The notes beneath the pieces were generated by a model. That model did not search any database. It had not been told where the DNA came from and worked only from the letters and a program-made list of their open reading frames with translations. Both the position numbers and the translations under genes were made by a program. This document shows positions 59,086-64,000 of a stretch of DNA of 64,000 nucleotides, piece after piece. The first letter of the stretch is position 1, and the number at the start of each line of letters is the position of its first letter. The DNA comes from SAR324 cluster bacterium (GTDB lineage Bacteria; SAR324; NAC60-12), in assembly GCA_015231825.1 (NCBI GenBank), contig JADGAV010000008.1:78515-142514 (forward strand), written 5' to 3'.

Positions 59086-60248
59086 TCCACAATCGAGGCA
59101 CCCAATGCCATTTGATCCTGTTCAAGCAAGATCTTCAACAATTGCAGGCGCCGGGAATTAGAAATGAATGGAATGGCTGGAACGGCAACTTTAAATTGAG
59201 AAAGTAAGGCTCCGATTTGCGTGATATAGGCTTCCAATTCAGGCCGAATCCATGTTTCTTCCTGGAGTGAAAACGCTTCGGTTTTGACATCAAATTCATT
59301 TTTAAGTTCAAGATTGATGCTGACTTCCTGCTCACTCCCTTCCAAATGAGGGACAACTTGCAGAATCAGTGTCAAAGGAAGTGATCCCTTTTTTTCAGAA
59401 TCTCCCGATACCGGATTCAGGGCTATGGGAAGCGCAAACCGTGTTTCGCCGGACTGGAGGTCCGGTCCCGGAAAAATATCCAGAGAGGGAGTGCCGGAAA
59501 TTACCATTTCGTACTGAGTCCCGACATTGCTCTTTACAATACCGATCGCTCTTGCAGAAAGTCCGGATGAAATGGTGCCAAGAACCGCGTTCAGCGTCGA
59601 CTCATTGACGACAATGACAAACATTTGCTCCAGCATAGCGGCTGGAATCGGGGATGGCTGATTTAAATGAACAATCACACTCTGATGAAGAAAATCAACT
59701 TGAACATTATTGATGGGAAATTCAAATTGATTTCCAATCTTCAGACGGTCCACCTTTTTCCACACAACGATTCGATCAATGGCAGTTTTTAAGAGCGGTT
59801 CCAGCAGGGGCCTCAACGAATTTCCCTTCACCAGATTGAGATGCTCTATCGAAGATTTCGTCAGCACCACCCGCTTTTTCTTAGGCAGGTATACGGCGTT
59901 GAATGAAACTTTAATATCTCCCGTGACATCAATCAGCGGAGAAACCTTTGCTTTGCTGAGAAACTTTTTGTACCAAAAATCTGTGGTGATGATCGCGCGG
60001 GAATCTTCAATTTGAATGCGAACGTTGTCGAAACCAAAGGACTGGTCTTTTTCCGTTGATACATCCTGACCATGAAATTCCGCCGATAAATAACTCTGCA
60101 ATAAGGTTTCAGACAAAGAAAGAGAAAGAGATTGGGCAGTCAGTATGTTTCCGTAAATACAGCACATGCCCAGCAGAAGCAGAAATCGTTGGAATTTCCG
60201 AAAATTTGTCATAGAGGATTCAACGGATTTTAGCCATAACATAATCAT
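59082..60248 (-). CDS. Hypothetical exported protein, possibly a two-domain TULIP/BPI-like fold
   Basis: Signal peptide; repeated motif LSLSETLLQSYL / IVVNESTLNAVL; overlaps both neighbours. Confidence 0.6.
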   Translation of the reverse strand: MIMLWLKSVESSMTNFRKFQRFLLLLGMCCIYGNILTAQSLSLSLSETLLQSYLSAEFHGQDVSTEKDQSFGFDNVRIQIEDSRAIITTDFWYKKFLSKAKVSPLIDVTGDIKVSFNAVYLPKKKRVVLTKSSIEHLNLVKGNSLRPLLEPLLKTAIDRIVVWKKVDRLKIGNQFEFPINNVQVDFLHQSVIVHLNQPSPIPAAMLEQMFVIVVNESTLNAVLGTISSGLSARAIGIVKSNVGTQYEMVISGTPSLDIFPGPDLQSGETRFALPIALNPVSGDSEKKGSLPLTLILQVVPHLEGSEQEVSINLELKNEFDVKTEAFSLQEETWIRPELEAYITQIGALLSQFKVAVPAIPFISNSRRLQLLKILLEQDQMALGASIVE

Positions 60249-61962
60249 TTTTGAGAAAAGTTAAACATGCGGCGGATAATTTGGCAGGCCTTTGTAAGTA
60301 TGCAAAAAGCAGGTCACGGAGAGTCTGTCCGATTTCCTTTATTTTTTGTGTTGGATGAACCAGTGCTTCCCCCACAAGTCCTCCCCCACCGTTCCAATGA
60401 TAGTTGCTCATCCAAACAGGAAAACTCTCAGACAAGGAGAGGGACGTTTCCATATGCTTCAACGTCGAGCTTGCACCATCCTCATTCTCGGACAAAATTG
60501 CCTGAAATCCACCTGGAGCCAATAGCGAATTGGAGCGGAAAGAAAGTCCCCGCTGCTGACGCAGGTAAGGATCCAGCAAAATCTGAATTTGTCGGCCATA
60601 AAGTTGACTCAGCACCGGGAAGTTATCATACGGAAGCCAACGAAATAAATGAAGCCTTTTCAACGGAGCACCGAGTTCATTCCGCAAAAGTTTTTTCCAA
60701 CGCCACCGGGCCGGAAAAAGTGAAAAACTCCTCTCAGGATCTCGACCCAAAATCGCCTGATGGGAAAGATCAGCACCGCACTGGAAAAAATTTTCTTTGC
60801 TCGGCAGCTGATGCAGCACGACTCGCGTGGGAACATCCAGATACTGACGCACCTGATCCATATCGGCTTTAACCATAGAACCAAGCTGTTCAGAGGGTTC
60901 AGGAGAAGCCGAAATAAAGCTGTATTCTGATTTTTCAATCTGCCAGCGAGCACCTTCTTCCTTGAGAAAAAATTTGACCACGCTGACTCCGTATCCCCAA
61001 AATCCCGGGCTGATCAGAGGGGTTCGAAAATGCCTCAATTCTGAGGTTTTCCTTTTGGGGAAAAGCCGATGGGCATGGCCTGAGATGATCAAATCAAACC
61101 GGGTTTCTGAATCAGCAACAATTCCTGAGGCATTCGCGACAGGAACTCCCTGATTCAGAGAAACATATTGATCATACCGGAAATTGTGCCCGCTGTGAAA
61201 CAATCCGACCAATAAATCCACCTGCTCCTGCTCCTTTAAAATCGGAACCCATTTCTGAGTCGCGGCAAACATCCCTTCGATCCTCATCCCATTGAGATGC
61301 GATTTATTCACCCACATCGACGTGCCTGGGGTGAGCAATCCCATAATTCCAATTCTCACTCCTGCTCTTTCCAATACCCGGTAAGGGGGAAGAACCGGAT
61401 CTCCTTCTGAAGAGCCTTCCCCTGTTTTGAGCAAATTGGCAGCCAGCCAGGTAAATTGAGAAGCCATCATATTTTTTTGCAGGACCCCGGGAGGAGGCTC
61501 CAGATCGTGATTTCCCAACGCTACTGCATCATATTGCAGGTGATTCATCAGTTTGACGATTGGCAGCGGATTTTCAGCAGGGGAATGAAAATTAAAGTAA
61601 AAAGCGCTGGGACTTCCCTGAAGGATATCACCGGCATCGAGCAAAATCAGATGAGGATACTCGTCTCTCAGCTGCTTTATTATCGGAGCAATATGCAGCA
61701 CGCCTCGCTTTTCTTCTTCAGGAAACAAGGTATCGGTGGACAACCAACCATGAAGATCTGAACTCGCCGCAACAACAACTGTGGTTCGGGAACCGGGAAG
61801 CGGGTTAATCGAGGAACGCTGTTGAATTGCAAATGAGGCCGGCGAGCTAGACAAAGTCTCCTTTGCCCAGACTGGAAAAACACTTCCCCAGAACATCGCT
61901 GCGCAAAAAATAAATCGCAAACCGAGGCAATGAAAGGTCATAAGAAGAGGAACAGGATTCAA
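60220..61962 (-). CDS. Periplasmic metallophosphoesterase of the 5'-nucleotidase/CpdB family
   Basis: SDLHG, DAGD..QG.P, GNHD, H.G, GHAH; divergent C-terminal domain (PYDN, NY...GGG). Confidence 0.88.
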   Translation of the reverse strand: MNPVPLLMTFHCLGLRFIFCAAMFWGSVFPVWAKETLSSSPASFAIQQRSSINPLPGSRTTVVVAASSDLHGWLSTDTLFPEEEKRGVLHIAPIIKQLRDEYPHLILLDAGDILQGSPSAFYFNFHSPAENPLPIVKLMNHLQYDAVALGNHDLEPPPGVLQKNMMASQFTWLAANLLKTGEGSSEGDPVLPPYRVLERAGVRIGIMGLLTPGTSMWVNKSHLNGMRIEGMFAATQKWVPILKEQEQVDLLVGLFHSGHNFRYDQYVSLNQGVPVANASGIVADSETRFDLIISGHAHRLFPKRKTSELRHFRTPLISPGFWGYGVSVVKFFLKEEGARWQIEKSEYSFISASPEPSEQLGSMVKADMDQVRQYLDVPTRVVLHQLPSKENFFQCGADLSHQAILGRDPERSFSLFPARWRWKKLLRNELGAPLKRLHLFRWLPYDNFPVLSQLYGRQIQILLDPYLRQQRGLSFRSNSLLAPGGFQAILSENEDGASSTLKHMETSLSLSESFPVWMSNYHWNGGGGLVGEALVHPTQKIKEIGQTLRDLLFAYLQRPAKLSAACLTFLKNDYVMAKIR

Positions 61963-62735
61963 CTAAAATCCATGAATTTCTGAATTGCTTCGCGATCAAA
62001 CCCTTTGCTGGCAACCAGCAGCTGTTGAGAATAACCGTGACGGGTCGTGTTGCTGCGGAGCTGTTCATCGGTCATTTCCTCAACAATCATCCCACGATTC
62101 ATGACCGCAATCCTTTCACACAAATGCCCGACGACAGCCAAGTCATGACTGACCATAATGTAGGTCAAACCGTGTTCTTCGCGCAATCCGAGCAGCAGAT
62201 TGAGCACTTCCGCCTGCACGGAAACATCAAGAGCAGAAGTGGGTTCATCAAGAAGCACGACACTGGGTTCGAGAATCAATGCCCGCGCAATTGCAATTCG
62301 CTGGCGCTGTCCTCCAGAAAGTTGGTGGGGATAGCGGAACCGAAATTGCGCCCCCAAACCCACTTCATCAAGCGCCTGCAAAATCCGCTTTTCGATCTTG
62401 TCAAACCGGTGAATGATAAGAGGCTCTTTTAGAATATCATTGACAGTGTGGCGCGGGTGCAGAGAGCCATAGGGGTCTTGAAAAACCATTTGCAGTCTCT
62501 TGCGGAACGATTTTTCACGCTTTTCCCCCAGCCGGATCTGATCCACCTCAATCGTCCCCGACCAATGTGAATTGAGCCCTGCAATAACCCGAAGTACAGT
62601 GGTTTTTCCGGAGCCCGATTCTCCTACCAGTCCAAAACTTTCACCTTTGCCGACATGAAATGAGACCCCTCGGAGAGCGTGCACAGAGGAGGCTCCGGTG
62701 CCAAATACTACGTTCAAATCGTCGACCTTAATCAT
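61959..62735 (-). CDS. Peptide/nickel ABC transporter ATP-binding subunit (DppF/OppF-like)
   Basis: [39 protein letters not shown]. Confidence 0.93.
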   Translation of the reverse strand: MIKVDDLNVVFGTGASSVHALRGVSFHVGKGESFGLVGESGSGKTTVLRVIAGLNSHWSGTIEVDQIRLGEKREKSFRKRLQMVFQDPYGSLHPRHTVNDILKEPLIIHRFDKIEKRILQALDEVGLGAQFRFRYPHQLSGGQRQRIAIARALILEPSVVLLDEPTSALDVSVQAEVLNLLLGLREEHGLTYIMVSHDLAVVGHLCERIAVMNRGMIVEEMTDEQLRSNTTRHGYSQQLLVASKGFDREAIQKFMDFS

Positions 62736-62749
62736 GAAAATCCTTCGTC

Positions 62750-63592
62750 TTATTCCAGCCAGGACGAATCCCTTTTCAGGACCGGTAAAATTTCGTGGGA
62801 GCCGTCCAGTTTCGGCAGACAATTAAGCAATCCCCTGGTGTAGGCATGCTGGGCGTTCTCCAGGTTTTTTGCTTCCAAAACCTCCATCACCCGTCCCCCG
62901 TACATCACCAGCACCCGATCGCAAAATGAAGCGACCAATTGAAGATCATGGCTGATGAAAATCAAACCCATCCCTCTTTCCCGAACCATGTCATCCAAAA
63001 GTGCCAGAACTTGCAGCTGGACTGTGACATCCAAAGCGGATGTGGGTTCATCCGCAATAATCAGATCGGGTTCCGGAATCAGCATCATTGCGATCATTAT
63101 CCGTTGCCCCATTCCTCCGGACACTTCATGAGGATAGAGGTGATAGACTTTTTCCGGTTCTCTGATCCGAACCGTATTCAGCATCTCGATCGTATGCTGG
63201 CGAGCTTTTTTCCTGCCGGCACTGGAATGGATTCGATAAGCTTCAGCAATCTGTTCTCCTACCGTCATCACGGGGTTCAGCGAGTACTGCGGATCCTGCA
63301 TGATCATCGAAATTCGATTTCCGCGAATTCCACGCATTGTGCTTTCACTCGCATGAAGCAAGTCGATGCCGTCAAATTCGACACATTCCGCCCGCACCCG
63401 GCTTCGCGAAGCTGTCAGACGCAGAATCGCCCGACCGGTTTGACTCTTTCCTGATCCGGATTCTCCAACGATTCCCAGCCGTTCCTGGCCCAATTCAAAA
63501 CTGACCCCACGCACAGCCTCCACTACTCCTTTGGGTGTGTCATAAGAAACATGAAGGTTTTTCACTGTCAGCAGAGTCTTCTTTTCCATCAC
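62750..63592 (-). CDS. Peptide/nickel ABC transporter ATP-binding subunit (DppD/OppD-like)
   Basis: [40 protein letters not shown]. Confidence 0.93.
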   Translation of the reverse strand: MMEKKTLLTVKNLHVSYDTPKGVVEAVRGVSFELGQERLGIVGESGSGKSQTGRAILRLTASRSRVRAECVEFDGIDLLHASESTMRGIRGNRISMIMQDPQYSLNPVMTVGEQIAEAYRIHSSAGRKKARQHTIEMLNTVRIREPEKVYHLYPHEVSGGMGQRIMIAMMLIPEPDLIIADEPTSALDVTVQLQVLALLDDMVRERGMGLIFISHDLQLVASFCDRVLVMYGGRVMEVLEAKNLENAQHAYTRGLLNCLPKLDGSHEILPVLKRDSSWLE

Positions 63593-64000
63593 TACTCTCC
63601 GCTGCGAGGATCAAGGACATCACGAAGGCCGTCACCAAGAAGGTTGAAACCCATGCTGACCGTCAGAATTGCAATTCCAGGAATGGTCGCGACCCACCAT
63701 TGATCAACCAGAAATTGGCGCCCGGCGGAAATCATTGCACCCCATTCCGGCAACGGCGGTTGAGCACCCAAACCCAAAAAACCAAGTCCGGCAGCGGTCA
63801 GGATAATGCCTGCCATGTCCAATGTCAGCCGAACAATCATTGAAGAGAGGCAAAGTGGTGTGATGTGATAAAGAAGAATCCGTCCTGTAGAGGCCCCCTG
63901 GACCTGTGCAGCCATTATGTGCTCGGCATTGCGAATAGTCAGCGTTTCAGCCCTGGCGATTCTGGCAAAAGGCGACCAGGTGGTCAGGGCGATCGCCAAA
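63592..64000 (-). CDS. Peptide ABC transporter permease (DppC/OppC-like), 5'-truncated by the window edge
   Basis: ARIARAE..AA...GA EAA-like loop, LGFLGLGAQPP.PEWG, FNLLGDGLRD.LDPR. Confidence 0.93.
   Translation of the reverse strand, partial: LAIALTTWSPFARIARAETLTIRNAEHIMAAQVQGASTGRILLYHITPLCLSSMIVRLTLDMAGIILTAAGLGFLGLGAQPPLPEWGAMISAGRQFLVDQWWVATIPGIAILTVSMGFNLLGDGLRDVLDPRSGE

Noticed and set aside
60267-60872. 201-aa plus-strand ORF and the many other short overlapping ORFs in the track
   Set aside because: They are antisense or out-of-frame shadows of well-supported genes, with no motifs or RBS.
1-64000. Prophage, IS, integron, CRISPR or defence island
   Set aside because: No integrase, transposase, phage structural, cas or recognisable defence genes, and no repeat-spacer array seen by eye.

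Overview
Gene-dense bacterial core-chromosome segment of moderate GC. Gene content and architecture suggest a flagellated deltaproteobacterial-type organism, possibly SAR324; this is inference, not verified. It carries housekeeping genes (rplI, dnaB, gyrA, rodA, rnc, rluB, tatD, manA, sohB, prc), a flagellar hook block (fliJ-motE-like-fliK-flgD-flgE) and scattered Fe-S carrier genes (two A-type carriers, BolA, a Grx4-rhodanese fusion, ferredoxin, cysteine desulfurase, CDGSH). Signalling genes include a divergent EAL, GAF/HD-GYP, PilZ, two STAS proteins, CheY and a kinase-ATPase-GAF-cyclase. There are two GT2/GtrA glycosylation modules and the end of a peptide ABC transporter. I saw no rRNA, tRNA, CRISPR or mobile element. 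The most notable locus is at 9.3-13.1 kb. A full-length DnaA homolog there has lost the arginine finger, sensor I and the DnaA-box recognition helix, and is translationally coupled to a lipoprotein. It is transcribed divergently, across an AT-rich spacer with DUE-13-mer-like repeats, from a stand-alone tandem-AP2 DNA-binding protein. Also notable are a divergent EAL phosphodiesterase in the rplI-dnaB operon and a DUF62/SAM-halogenase-family enzyme with an altered active-site motif.
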